In this document: positions 1-12,469 of the stretch, piece by piece | Layout: each line of letters begins with the position of its first letter | How positions within the stretch are numbered: the stretch's first letter is position 1 | Assembly (NCBI GenBank): GCA_040954595.2 | Contig: CM082586.2 | Span: 7,781,337-7,845,336, forward strand | Length of the DNA: 64,000 nucleotides | Direction of reading: 5' to 3' | Source: Balanoglossus misakiensis | Lineage: Eukaryota; Animalia; Hemichordata | Translations under genes and position numbers: made by a program | Notes under the pieces: generated by a model | Databases searched by the model: none | Seen by the model: only the letters and a program-made list of their open reading frames with translations | What the model was told of the DNA's origin: nothing

Positions 1-3000
1 GTAGATGTGACTGTCCCAGATACAATGTTAAGTATAGCTCATATTCAATGACGTATTCTGTGTCAAAGAAAGTTGTTGATTTTTCAGTTGTACAAGTGAG
101 TGAGGTTTCTTCATCTGTTGCCATGGAGAAAGAAGGCTTCCAGCGAGTCGTGGAAAATATGGCTGCCTATGGTGTTGAACCCAGCACAGTCGCTATTAAC
201 AGAAGTGTTTGAATTACAAGGGAGGGATGCAGGAGAATGTGTTAGCCAGTTAGGAAACGCCATATTAGACATAAATAACCCCATGAACTGGCTATTATGG
301 ACCATCCATGAAAATATAAAATGTGATTATGACCCGAGGACAGCATTTGTATGAGGTTGGGATCTTGTCTACCTCTTAGACATCTCTGCTGCAGTGAGAG
401 GCAAATGAAGAAAAAGAAGTTAATTAAGCCCACCGCGGAAAGGACCAGGGGTGGTGTCAAGAAATTAATCACCGATTCAGTACACATTGGTCAAAACGTA
501 TTAAATCTTGGCTAGGCAGGAACAGGCAAAACCCATTTATTTAAGAAAATCTTAAAGCTGCACAGTTGATGGCAAATACCATTTTGGGTATATTTGTATA
601 ATCCTTTAACATGAAAATAATTGCCCTACCCATGGACTCGGGTCAAATTTACTCCTATAACGATATAAGCTTCATAGAAAAAGTCTGATGGTAAACAACA
701 TGTTTACATGAACCGCCGATACTACACGGAAACTGTGACGTCACAATCACGAGACCAGACGCGATGTAGCGTGAATTGGAGACGTGAGGAAGTGGCTTCA
801 TTCACGCACATGTGCATGCTGTCAACATGGAGGTGAGTGTTCATGAATAAACATGAAAAAGTTTAATACTATACGTATCTTTTGTTTACTCTTAGGATAT
901 CCAGTTTCAGTGTGATCTCTCTTTTTTTCGTTTTATAAGACTGGTTGTCGTAAGCGTCGGCATATTTTGGTGATTGGAAGAACAACTTGACGATAAAAAT
1001 CGTTGATACACGTGTACATTATTAGCTAGATGCATGTCTGCGGATTTCTAACACTGGGAACTGTAATCGTTTGGTCTGTATTCGTAATAGAAAAGTGTTC
1101 TTTTTAGCTTTCGGATGGTTTACGAACAAGTCCGCTTTGCATTTGTTCATGAAAATATCAACAATGGTATCGTGTTGACAAAATCACGACGGGCCGGGAG
1201 GGATTGTATATATTACTGTGAATTACATGCATGTCAAAACATATATACAAATTGCACCTCTACCGACATGATGTACTGGTATAAGGATATTTGTGCCATG
1301 AAAGTTACGAAACCAAGACATAAATGATATTTTTGGCGAATTTCGATGCCCAAGTAACAAAAATATATACCTAAGGAATAATATGTTTTCAGGACATGTT
1401 TTATGTATATCAAAACAAAAGCTTATGTACTAATGCTAGTGCAGGGCCTGAGTGTAGGGTTTGGATTTATTTTCAAAATAACAGGAAATTAGTAATTATA
1501 TGTGTACAATTTGCTTGTTTTTCAGACGAGTTCTGACGCGGACTATAGTCCAAGTCAGGAAAGGTCCTGCATTCAAAGAGGTAAAAAAAAGGTCGTGGTC
1601 GTGGACGAGGACGAGGAAGAGGTAGAGGAAGTCAGAGAGGACCAGAATTTGGAGGAGAAATTGTGCCAGAAGAAAGAAATATAAGACTTAGAGTGAGGGA
1701 AAGGGGCTGACGGCCACTACTGGCATTGCGGCAAGTCTCCTACCTAGCAGGAAAACCATCCACCTTTTCATTGCATTGATGGACGGTCAATACACCGATC
1801 AAGAACTGGAGAACGATGGGGAGGGAAGTGTGATTTGTGATACAAACCCAAAAGAACACAGGCCCGGAAGCCGACCAAGACAGGACCGGCAGGGCATAAG
1901 GGAGAGAAGAAACCAATCCCCTGAAAGCCCCCAGCAGGCCCCAGTTAGGAAAACCATCCCTGTAGTCAGGGAGTCGTCGGGAGACGAGGAATATGTATTA
2001 CCATCTAAGCGATACAAGCATATTATTCCCCCAGCCGAGAGTGACGAGGGTAAGGTTGAAAATGTGACTGACATTTTGGATGCATTTGAGGCCCACCTTT
2101 TGACAGCGGATGGAGGGCGCCAAACGCAAACTTCGGCAAAACAAAATAGGTCTCAGGTAGGCCGCCTTATCCAGTCATTGGGGTCCCTGGAAGCAGTGGG
2201 GGATACAAATAAAGTTCTGAATATCATTGAAAAGACCCCAAATCTTAAAGCTAGTTCCGTAAGGAGCTCTCTCTTTTCATTCGGTATGTTTTACAACTTT
2301 TGCTCATGCCGCACCCCACCTCTCCTCCCAGGCAAAGCAGATCTGATGCAGACATTAGTCTTGAAATGGGCTACTAGTTACAGAAAAGAGGTACATCAAA
2401 GGTCTGCAGAATTCCAATCACAAGTGGTGCACCAGCTGCCAAATTTAGAGCCTTTGAGAACAGCAAAACGGCAAGAGATGCATACAAGATTATTGCATCT
2501 GCTGGGAAGAAAAGTAAAGTTACCGAACTGGAATTTAAAACTGCAAATGGATGGATACATACTGGTCTGCATAGCCCTGGATTCTGCCCAAAGATCGGGA
2601 GCTCTGCGCAATGTTACAATCCGCGACTTCAATAAAGCGGTTGAAACTGACAACGGTCATGTTGTTTTGGTTGCAGAACATAAAACGGCCAGCTCCCATG
2701 GCGTGGCACGTTTGGTATTTACCAGGCAACTCTACAGAATAACATCGCTTATGATTAGAGACGTGTTTCTTAAAACACCAGGTGGGAATAAACCCACAAG
2801 GAGACTTTTCTCGAATTATTGTGGAGAGCAGCTGAGTAGCTCAACTTTCGCCAAATTCTTGGCTGATTCCTGGCGTAAATCAGGAGTTTCTAAAAAGAAA
2901 CTGACAAGTACAATTTGTAGAAAGAGCATGGTTACCATGGTTTTAGACAGCCAGCCCAAGCTATCGAAGAAATTGGCTAGCCATATGAGCCACAGGGAGA

Positions 3001-3664
3001 CGACCCAGTCATTCTATTATAGGATTGCTGGAGCTGTGAAGGAAAGTTCCAATGTTATGCAGGAAACTAGAAAAATTAGAGATGGCTTAACATCAAACAG
3101 TAATAAAAAAGCTGAAATTGGTCCATCAGAACCAAAGGAAAATTGAACAGGAGCAAGTACAGCCAATGGACATTGGGGAGGATGATACACCTATAGATCC
3201 TCTGGAAATTGTGGATGCTGAATCCATATATGCACCCTCCACTACCGAGCAGTCACACGTCTTCTCTGGAAGACGAAGCTTTTCAAGCGAGCAAGTTGAA
3301 ATGATAGAACTAAGATTTAAAAAAACATCATTGAGAAAAGTATTACTGCTGCCCAGGTTAGGCCAATAATGGAGAATGACCAAGATTTTTAGGGCAGTTT
3401 CCACGGCTATACGGTCAAGCAAATTGTAGACAGAATCCGGTGTAGTTTTAGAAAAAAGTAAGAGTAAACCGCTATTCAAGGCACTCATTTCCTGGTGTAG
3501 TTTTAGAAAAAAGTAAAGTTAGTTATATACCAGAAAGCAAAAAAAACACATACTGGCATGACACATGCATGCACAAACATGTTCTTTGTTATGGTTAATT
3601 TGTTTTGTTATTACTGTTTAAAAAGAAGACAAGAAGACTGTTGAAGATAAGAAGAGGAAGAAGA
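1..3664 (+). repeat. Copy A of a 5196-bp-period direct tandem duplication (window starts inside it)
   Basis: Sequence from 1 (gtagatgtgactgtccc) recurs at 5197, and ORFs 100-354/5296-5550 and 1115-1327/6311-6523 are identical. Homology ends at ...gaagaggaagaaga|gtgtt (3664) vs ...gaaaaagaaga|ctcaat (~9870). Confidence 0.97.
827..3461 (+). pseudogene. Tyrosine recombinase (phage-integrase fold) gene, copy A; main ORF 1776-3146 plus frameshifted C-terminal helical domain
   Basis: Catalytic motifs AQRSG (R), AEHKTA (K), ICRKS (x-x-R), SHMSH (H) and TQSFYY (Y). Putative micro-exon ATGGAG|gtgagt at 827-832 spliced to ttcag|1526. Stop at 1682-1684 and a frameshift upstream of the main ORF. Confidence 0.85.
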
Positions 3665-4949
3665 GTGTTATTTGTTATTAAAAAAAGGCACAGAGAAATA
3701 AAATAAGTGTGTCTAATTGGTGTCTCAAATGCTATGTCTGATATATGAAAAATGTACCGTAGACATGCATTTGATATCCCAGTTGAAACACACATTTTCA
3801 GCTACGGAGAGGAGAGTATAAACACATATTGGAACCCTCAAAAGGTGGAAATTCAAGAAGGAAGAGGTAAAGAACAGCAATAAGGTGAGTTAAATTTGTG
3901 TTTTATTAGTGTAAACATTGCTTTATTAGTACCACTCTGGTTTTCTTATTTTTTCAGCAATGAAGATCACATAGCTTCACCATTTCTTTGTATCTGCTTC
4001 TAGTCATAACATTTCTAATTCTTCTTCAGGAGTCACATATACAAATGTGACTACCAGCACAACACATCGACCAATATTCCCCAAACCAACTGGCCCCAAT
4101 GTTTGCAGCACGAAGAACTGGTGGAAAAAATAATGAAGGAAACCGAAATGAAACGTATACAGAAAAACATTACTGAAACCAAACTTGATGAAATATCAAT
4201 GTTGTCTGCAAAACTCTTCTTGGAGGTAAGAAACTCTGAACGAAAAATAACATGTGGTTCACTGAGTTTTACAAACTGAAATTTTTAATTGCCAATGTAA
4301 AACATTTCAAGCAAACGTCAATACTTTTCTTGCATCAGATTTTTGATCCTTGATACAACACACCCCAAGAAAGATGTAAAGAAGAAGTGTTAGTTGAATC
4401 TTCGTCAAGGCGTAACAAGAAAGGGTTTCCGAGGAAGAGTGTTGAAAGTGAAAGACAACTGAAAAGGGTGGAAAAAGGCAAAGCAAGTTTGCCCTGGGGA
4501 GGGATGTTCTGCCTCCGTCGTCTAATCCACATGCACAACTAAGAAATGCATGCCCTCATCAAGGAGAAAGAGGTTGCAACAAAAACACAAGGGGGTAGGT
4601 TTTCACAGAGAGTGCCTGTACGATATTGCAATGGCATTGTCATGTGGATTGACAGACAACTCCCTTGACTTTGAGTTTGCACGGATTCTAGAAGCCACCT
4701 CTACAAGAACGCAATTACAGAATCAGTGGAGGAATGAAGGAAGAGAGCTGCGAAAAAAGAAAGGTCCAAAAGCCACAGTGAAGAAAGTGGTGACATCCAA
4801 ACAAGGATTTATAAAACCCAATCACCAACTTCAGAAACTTCAGACTAGGAAAGTGAAGAAACTGTTGGCGTTAACCAGATAATTGTTAAACTTGAGGATC
4901 TGGGGATCTGTTATGGAATAACCTTCCAATTGATGTTCACTTCTCTGAT

Positions 4950-5600
4950 AGCCTTCTCTCATTATGCATATTGCCAGAAGGCCAAATTTTCCAATATGAG
5001 GTTCAGCATATGAAAAGTTATTTTCAATTTTTAACTCCACGAATGTTCCCCTTTTAGAAGTTTTGGAAGATCATCTTATCAACAAGTTCAAAACGAGTAT
5101 GTAATACCTGAAATCGAAAATACTTTGAAAACATAACAGAGAGAGGTATTTGAATCGCTACATGGAAATCACATCAAAAGAAAACAATCGGTGACGGTAG
5201 ATGTGACTGTCCCAGATACAATGTTAAGTATAGCTCATATTCAATGACGTATTCTGTGTCAAAGAAAGTTGTTGATTTTTCAGTTGTACAAGTGAGTGAG
5301 GTTTCTTCATCTGTTGCCATGGAGAAAGAAGGCTTCCAGCGAGTCGTGGAAAATATGGCTGCCTATGGTGTTGAACCCAGCACAGTCGCTATTAACAGAA
5401 GTGTTTGAATTACAAGGGAGGGATGCAGGAGAATGTGTTAGCCAGTTAGGAAACGCCATATTAGACATAAATAACCCCATGAACTGGCTATTATGGACCA
5501 TCCATGAAAATATAAAATGTGATTATGACCCGAGGACAGCATTTGTATGAGGTTGGGATCTTGTCTACCTCTTAGACATCTCTGCTGCAGTGAGAGGCAA
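4950..5600 (+). pseudogene. Degenerate Kolobok-type DDE transposase fragment (its 3' part also at 1-400)
   Basis: Frame from 5190 reads GDGRCDCPRYNVKYSSYSMT..KKVVDFSVVQVSEVSSSVAMEKEGFQRVVENMAAYGVEPSTVAINRS*, matching the GDGRxDSPG..KY / DFxxVQVSExxSSxAMEKEG / ATDR signature of Kolobok transposases. Stops and frameshifts present. Confidence 0.75.
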
Positions 5601-6022
5601 ATGAAGAAAAAGAAGTTAATTAAGCCCACCGCGGAAAGGACCAGGGGTGGTGTCAAGAAATTAATCACCGATTCAGTACACATTGGTCAAAACGTATTAA
5701 ATCTTGGCTAGGCAGGAACAGGCAAAACCCATTTATTTAAGAAAATCTTAAAGCTGCACAGTTGATGGCAAATACCATTTTGGGTATATTTGTATAATCC
5801 TTTAACATGAAAATAATTGCCCTACCCATGGACTCGGGTCAAATTTACTCCTATAACGATATAAGCTTCATAGAAAAAGTCTGATGGTAAACAACATGTT
5901 TACATGAACCGCCGATACTACACGGAAACTGTGACGTCACAATCACGAGACCAGACGCGATGTAGCGTGAATTGGAGACGTGAGGAAGTGGCTTCATTCA
6001 CGCACATGTGCATGCTGTCAAC

Positions 6023-9000
6023 ATGGAGGTGAGTGTTCATGAATAAACATGAAAAAGTTTAATACTATACGTATCTTTTGTTTACTCTTAGGATATCCAG
6101 TTTCAGTGTGATCTCTCTTTTTTTCGTTTTATAAGACTGGTTGTCGTAAGCGTCGGCATATTTTGGTGATTGGAAGAACAACTTGACGATAAAAATCGTT
6201 GATACACGTGTACATTATTAGCTAGATGCATGTCTGCGGATTTCTAACACTGGGAACTGTAATCGTTTGGTCTGTATTCGTAATAGAAAAGTGTTCTTTT
6301 TAGCTTTCGGATGGTTTACGAACAAGTCCGCTTTGCATTTGTTCATGAAAATATCAACAATGGTATCGTGTTGACAAAATCACGACGGGCCGGGAGGGAT
6401 TGTATATATTACTGTGAATTACATGCATGTCAAAACATATATACAAATTGCACCTCTACCGACATGATGTATTGGTATAAGGATATTTGTGCCATGAAAG
6501 TTACGAAACCAAGACATAAATGATATTTTTGGCGAATTTCGACGCCCAAGTAACAAAAATATATACCTAAGGAATAATATGTTTTCAGGACATGTTTTAT
6601 GTATATCAAAACAAAAGCTTATGTACTAATGCTAGTGCAGGGCCTGAGTGTAGGGTTTGGTTTTATTTTCAAAATAACAGGAAATTAGTAATTATATGTG
6701 TACAATTTGCTTGTTTTTCAGACGAGTTCTGACGCGGACTATAGTCCAAGTCAGGAAAGGTCCTGCATTCAAAGAGGTAAAAAAAAGGTCGTGGTCGTGG
6801 ACGAGGAAGAGGTAGAGGAAGTCAGAGAGGACCAGAATTTGGAGGAGAAATTGTGCCAGAAGAAAGAAATATAAGACTTAGAGTGAGGGAAAGGGGCTGA
6901 CGGCCACTACTGGCATTGCGGCAAGTCTCCTACCTAGCAGGAAAACCATCCACCTTTTCATTGCATTGATGGACGGTCAATACACCGATCAAGAACTGGA
7001 GAACGATGGGGAGGGAACTGTGATTTGTGATACAAAACCAAAAGAACACAGGCCCGGAAGCCGAACAAGACAGGACCGGCAGGGCATAAGGGAGAGAAGA
7101 AACCAATCCCCTGAAAGCCCCCAGCAGGCCCCAGTTAGGGAAATCATCCCTGTAATCAGGGAGTCGTCTGAAGACGAGGATTATATACTACCACCTAAGC
7201 GATACAAGCGTATTATTCCCCCAGCCGAGAGTGACGAGGGTAAGGTTGAAAATGTCACTGACATTTTGGATTCATTTGAGGCCCACCTTTTGACAGCAGA
7301 TAGAGGGCGCCGAACGCAAACTTCGGCAAAACAAAACAGGTCACAAGTAGGCAGCCAGTCATTGGGGTCCCTGGAAGCAGTGGGGGATAGAAATAAAGTT
7401 CTGAATTTCATTGAAAAGACCCCAAATCTTAAAGCTAGTTCTGTAAGGAGCTATCTCTTTTCATTCGGTATGTTTTACAACTTTTGCTCATGCCGCACCC
7501 CACCTCTCCTCCCAGGCAAAGCAGATCTGATGCAGAGATTAGTCTTGAAATGGGCTACTAGTTACAGAAAAGAGGTACATCAAAGGTCTGCAGAATTCCA
7601 ATCACAAGTGGTGCACCAGGTGATAACTGCTGCCAAATTTAGAGCCTTTGAGAACAGCAAAACGGCAAGACATGCATACAAGATTAATGCATCTGCTGGG
7701 AAGAAAAGCAAAGTTACCGAACTGGAATTTAAAACTGCAAATGGATACATACTGGTCTGCATAGCCCTGGATTCTGCCCAAAGATCGGGAGCTCTGCGCA
7801 ATGTTACAATCCGCGACTTCAATAAAGCAGTTGAAACTGACAACGGTCATGTTGTTTTGGTTGCAGAACATAAAACGGCCAGCTCCCATGGCGTGGCACG
7901 TTTGGTATTTACCAGGCAACTCTACAGAATAACATCGCTTATGATTAGAGACGTGTTTCCTAAAACACCAGGTGGGAATAAACCCACAAGGAGACTTTTC
8001 TCGAATTATTGTGGAGAGCAGCTGAGTAGCTCTACTTTCGCCAAATTCTTGGCTGATTCCTGGCGGAAATCAGGAGTTTCAAAAAAGAAACTGACAAGTA
8101 CTATTTGTCGAAAGAGTATGGTAGAAGAATAGAAGAATAGTTTTATTGCGTTCCAAGGCCTCCGGCCCATATGCAAGGGGGTTACAAAAATTTAACATAG
8201 AAAGACAGCAAAATAAAGTACAGCTGTACATGACCATTAAACAGTTTAAATTCTGTCTCTTGAAAAAAGTGAGAGAGATATCTTTCTCTGCTTAAACGCT
8301 TTGCTTGTGAAAATACAGAGGTTGAGAAGCTCATCATTGCTAGACGTGTTCATAAGTCGTACAAATTTGTGAAAAGTTGGATGCTCAAAGTAGACATGTG
8401 ATAAATACTGTTTTCTGAGGTCTGTGTAAGCAGAGCATTCAAGGAGAAAATGGTATTCATCTTCTACTGCTCCTTTTGTACAAAACTTACATAGACGATC
8501 TGGTACATCTATATTATGCCTTCTCCCCTCCTCAATAGCAAGGGGCAGGGTAGAACAGCGAAAACAGGTGAACAGTTGTAAGACATTGCGACTACATGGT
8601 AACCTAAGATACTTCTCAGGTTCGAGCATGCTTTTAAATTGCATGTATGTACGGAGTTTAGGTTTCAAAGATATTTTACTGTTCCAAAGTTGTTTAAAGA
8701 TATCTGAAAGCCTAGAATCAAAAAGTGACAAAAATTGCTGTTTGTTTCCTATTTCTTGGGCAAGCCAGGCATAACCGAAACCATAAGAAAATAAAACATT
8801 CTTTATAGATGTTGCCCACGTGTGGCGACCCAAGCCATCAAGATTACATAACATGATGTATGCTTGTCTTGGAAGTCGGTTTGGAGGCATTTCAAGTAAT
8901 TTTATCCAATAGCGAATGCAACGCTTTATAGTGTAAAAATGAACAGGAAAACGACCGCATTCACCCAATACTGCTTCATTTGTTGTATTGCCCGGTACAC

Positions 9001-9591
9001 CTAAAAATTTTCTACACCATTTTCTGTGTACCTTCTCCAGAGCATCGTACAAAGAGTATGGTCACCATGGTTTTAGACAGCCAGCCCGAGCTATCGAAGA
9101 AACTGGCTAGCCATATGAGCCACAGGGAGACGACCCAGTCATCCTACTATAGGATTGCTGGGGCTGTGAAGGAAAGTTCCAATGTTATGCAGGAAACTAG
9201 AAAAATTAGAGATGGCTAAACATCAAACAGTAATAAAAAAGCTGAAATTGGTCCATCATAACCAAAGGAAATTGAACAGGAGCAAGTAGAGCCAATGGAC
9301 ATTGGGGAGGATGATACACCTATAGATCCTCTGGAAATTGTGGATGCTGAATCCATATATGCACCCTCCACTACCGAGCAGTCACACGTCTTCTCTGGAA
9401 GACGAAGCTTTTCAAGCGAGCAAGTTAAAATGATAGAAGTAAGATTTAGAAAAAATATCTTGGAGAAAAGTGTAACTGCTGCCCAGGTTAGGCCAGTAAT
9501 GGAGAATGACCAAGATTTTAAGGGCAGTTTCCACGGCTATACGGTCAAGCAAATTGTAGACAGAATCCGGTGTAGTTTTAGAAAAAAATAA
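6023..9591 (+). pseudogene. Tyrosine recombinase gene, copy B, split by a LINE between the RKS and MSH/YY motifs
   Basis: ORF 6966-8122 resumes after 9062 (MVTMVLDSQPELSKKLASHMSHRETTQSSYY). C-terminal segment 9295-9591 (RRSFSSEQ..F..QIVDRIR). Confidence 0.85.
8123..9050 (-). mobile_element. 5'-truncated non-LTR retrotransposon (RTE-X-like), 928 bp
   Basis: 12-bp TSD aaagagtatggt at 8111-8122 and 9051-9062. ORF 8246-9052 gives the post-RT region with the LAIEEGR..RLCKFC...EDEYHFLLEC zinc knuckle. AATAAA followed by a (CTATTCTT)2 tail. Clade assignment is from motif recall. Confidence 0.92.
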
Positions 9592-12073
9592 GAGTAAACC
9601 GCTATTCAAGGCACTCATTTCCCGGTGTAGTTTTAGAAAAACGTAAAGTTAGTTATATACCAGAAAGCAAAAAAAAAACATACTGGCATGACACATGCAA
9701 AAATACATTCACAAACATACTGAACACACAATCATATGCACAAAACATACTTACACACACTGACATTACACATGCATGCACAAACATGTTCTTTGTTATG
9801 GTTAATTTGTTTTGTATTTACTGTTTAAAAAGAAGACAAGAAGACTGTTGAAAATAAGAAGAAAAAGAAGACTCAATAGCTACTAACATTACTGTACATG
9901 CATGTAATAACTTTATAAAAATGTCTGTAGTATCCAATCATGTTCTTAACAGTCTCTGAAAATAACAAGCTTTAAATGACATGTTTTCTTACTTTCCTAA
10001 TTTTTTACCTATGACACCCTGTTTTCTACAGTGTAAAGGCTATGGGGCATAACCATTTTGTTTCATAATTATATTTTTATAACTCCTTGTCTACATTTTT
10101 TAAATTTTAAGGTACCCCAGAATGGAGAATTTAAATGTCTACTATTTCTGAAAAAATCAGTACCAAAGCTCCTTTATTATACATCTTATGATAGATCTCA
10201 AATATTATAATTTGGCCGATTCTTTAACATACATGAAAACATAAGAATCACATATCTTACTTATTAGCTGGTTTGGTATTAATATTTGGACTGTGTATAA
10301 TTATAGTCAGTGAAGTGCCTTCCCTACAGTGCATTGCAGTAAGAATTGGCAGGGCCAGAACATTTGCATCATCACGAGACCCAGCAGGTAACGAGCCGGT
10401 CCGCCTTGACAGTTACAACACAACGTCTCAGAGAAATCCTCCTGATGAAACTTAAACATTCACATCCGAATTTAGATTTGTTTCAGTTATTTCATACATT
10501 TCCTATTATATTGATTTAGAGGAAAGTTTTAGAGGAAATTTCTTTTTATGAACAAATGAAATCTACCCTACCACTGATGTCATAAAACATTAAAAGTAAT
10601 TTACCACTGGATTTCTAATATCACAGCATAATTGATTATTACTACTTAAAGGGTGTTGATTGTGATCACTTCAGGTACTTGAGAGTGTGTTCTTTTTTAT
10701 CCCCATTTGCGTCAAACCCGTAAAAATAAAATAACGAAAAAATTCATTTTGATATGAAGTATTCAGTCAGTTCTGATGTAAGCAGGTTTCAATACTTGCC
10801 ACATAGGTGTAGTGACAGTTTCTCTACTACCATTAGTTTTAGTTTTTGAGATATGCTAAACATTTGTTTTCCCAGTAAAGGAAGGCATTTTATATTTCAT
10901 TATGGATTTATGGTCTAATCTTTTCAATATAAATACATGTTGAGAACTTGTGTGACATCAACTTTAAAGATACTTCATGTGGAATGTATAGTGACAATGC
11001 TTATTTGTACCAAACAATCATGGCACAGCAAGATTGCTCTACTTTTCAATTACAATGTAGACTTATAAAAAGAAAATTAAATTCAACATTGACAAAAAGT
11101 AAGTTAGTTTTTCATCAACAAAAGGAAGAAAAAATATTCTTTCTGACACAAGTTTCAATGTTCAATGTAAATAAAACTGATAAAAGAGTATTTTTGATAT
11201 CTGCACTTCACAGTGTATATTGTAGTGCTGACTAAGTAAATAAAATAAAAATGTACATATTGATAAAGCTAAATATCTACACAGGAAAATAGTTAAACCC
11301 AATGTCCAAACTTTGATTGTCATACTCTTTCTGACAGATTTTGTTAATGCTCAGTATATTGTGAGGAGCAAATAGTTGGAACACCATGTTAAATTGAGTA
11401 TGTGTCATTACAGTAACTTTAAACTATTTTTGTTTTGTAGCTACTCCATTTTCTTGTTCAAATTCCCGAATCATGATCTAATGCCCAGCATTTAGTTTAT
11501 CGACACAACATATATTGTCTAGTCTGAACAAAAATACAAAGGTACAGCTAATGTCCCTCTAGAGTACTTTTATCCTGAATGCTGCTGTAGCTTACTTCAT
11601 TCATTTTAGTGTTTACTTTTTTTTATTCTTTAGATTGTTTTTGACAGTATCTGTAAACAGGCCTCTCCTCCTTTGGTTTACTAATAAGATAACAGTTAGC
11701 CACAACTGAGCTACAGTACACACAGCAGGATGCTTAAATTGACCTTGATGAAAACTTATAAGCCGAATTGCAAACATATATATCAGTGTGACACTCCAGT
11801 ATACACTCCAGCTATTTTTAGTCACTAGGTAATTTACACATCATAATTTTCCCGCATTTTATGTAAATCACCCCGACTTGTCAGTCTTACGTAACACCTA
11901 CCATACATTCAAAATCCCTATCAGTTCCACTTTGGCTCTCGGCAAGTGAGTACAGTGTTCCTTTACCTCCTATTCATCTTTGCGTATTTTAGTTTAAACC
12001 TCTTATTTCACACCATTTTTTATATCATTTATTTGTTACTTTTACACTTTTGTCTCGTTTATTTCAGTTTTTA

Positions 12074-12110
12074 CCCTGATGAAGTGGGATTAATCCCACA
12101 AAACGTCGGG
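12074..12110 (+). ncRNA. Decayed minimal hammerhead ribozyme, Penelope-like LTR type
   Basis: cc-CTGATGA-a-gtggga-ttaa-tcccac-AAAAC-GTC-ggg: core CUGAUGA, perfect stem II, GUC cleavage triplet and short stem I. The conserved GAAA is AAAA (CG>CA). Confidence 0.7.
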
Positions 12111-12469
12111 AAAAAAATTAGTTTGTATTGAAGAACATTATGTCCAAGAGTTGGTGCCTCTTGACCACTTCATTCTATATTATCAGTGTGACTGGGTATA
12201 TTAGCATGCTGTTTGAGTAGACAAGAAATTTATTGCATTTGACAAACAGAACAAACATACCGGGTACAAAGATACGGCTAATGTCCCTTTTAGTATTCTT
12301 ATCTAAGATGTCGGCTGTAGTTAATGTTTTAGTGTTTACCTTTTTATAGGCTGTATCTAAAACATGGACTGGATTTCAAATTTTTATTTCTCACTTGGAA
12401 ATGAATCCCAGTCTACAAGTCTAGTCCCAGTTCACAATTATGAATTGCCATTATCTATCTATAAGGGGA

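Larger units (their letters stand above)
5197..9870 (+). repeat. Copy B of the tandem duplication (contains the LINE insertion)
   Basis: Colinear with 1-3664 apart from the 928-bp LINE plus TSD and small indels. Confidence 0.97.

Noticed and set aside
100-354. 84-aa ORF (and its duplicate 5296-5550) as a gene
   Set aside because: Largely an out-of-frame reading of the decayed Kolobok transposase; identity between copies reflects the duplication.
1776-3146. Prophage or bacterial integrase (contamination)
   Set aside because: Context has spliceosomal introns, LINEs, MITEs and microsatellites; no operon structure or phage genes.
6966-9219. YR plus RT-associated ORF read as a DIRS/Ngaro tyrosine-recombinase retrotransposon
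   Set aside because: The RT-related ORF is antisense, 5'-truncated, bounded by a 12-bp TSD and absent from copy A: it is a secondary LINE insertion.
10436-10460. CTGATGA as a second hammerhead (also CTGACGA at ~22029)
   Set aside because: No stem II followed by GAAA and NUH.
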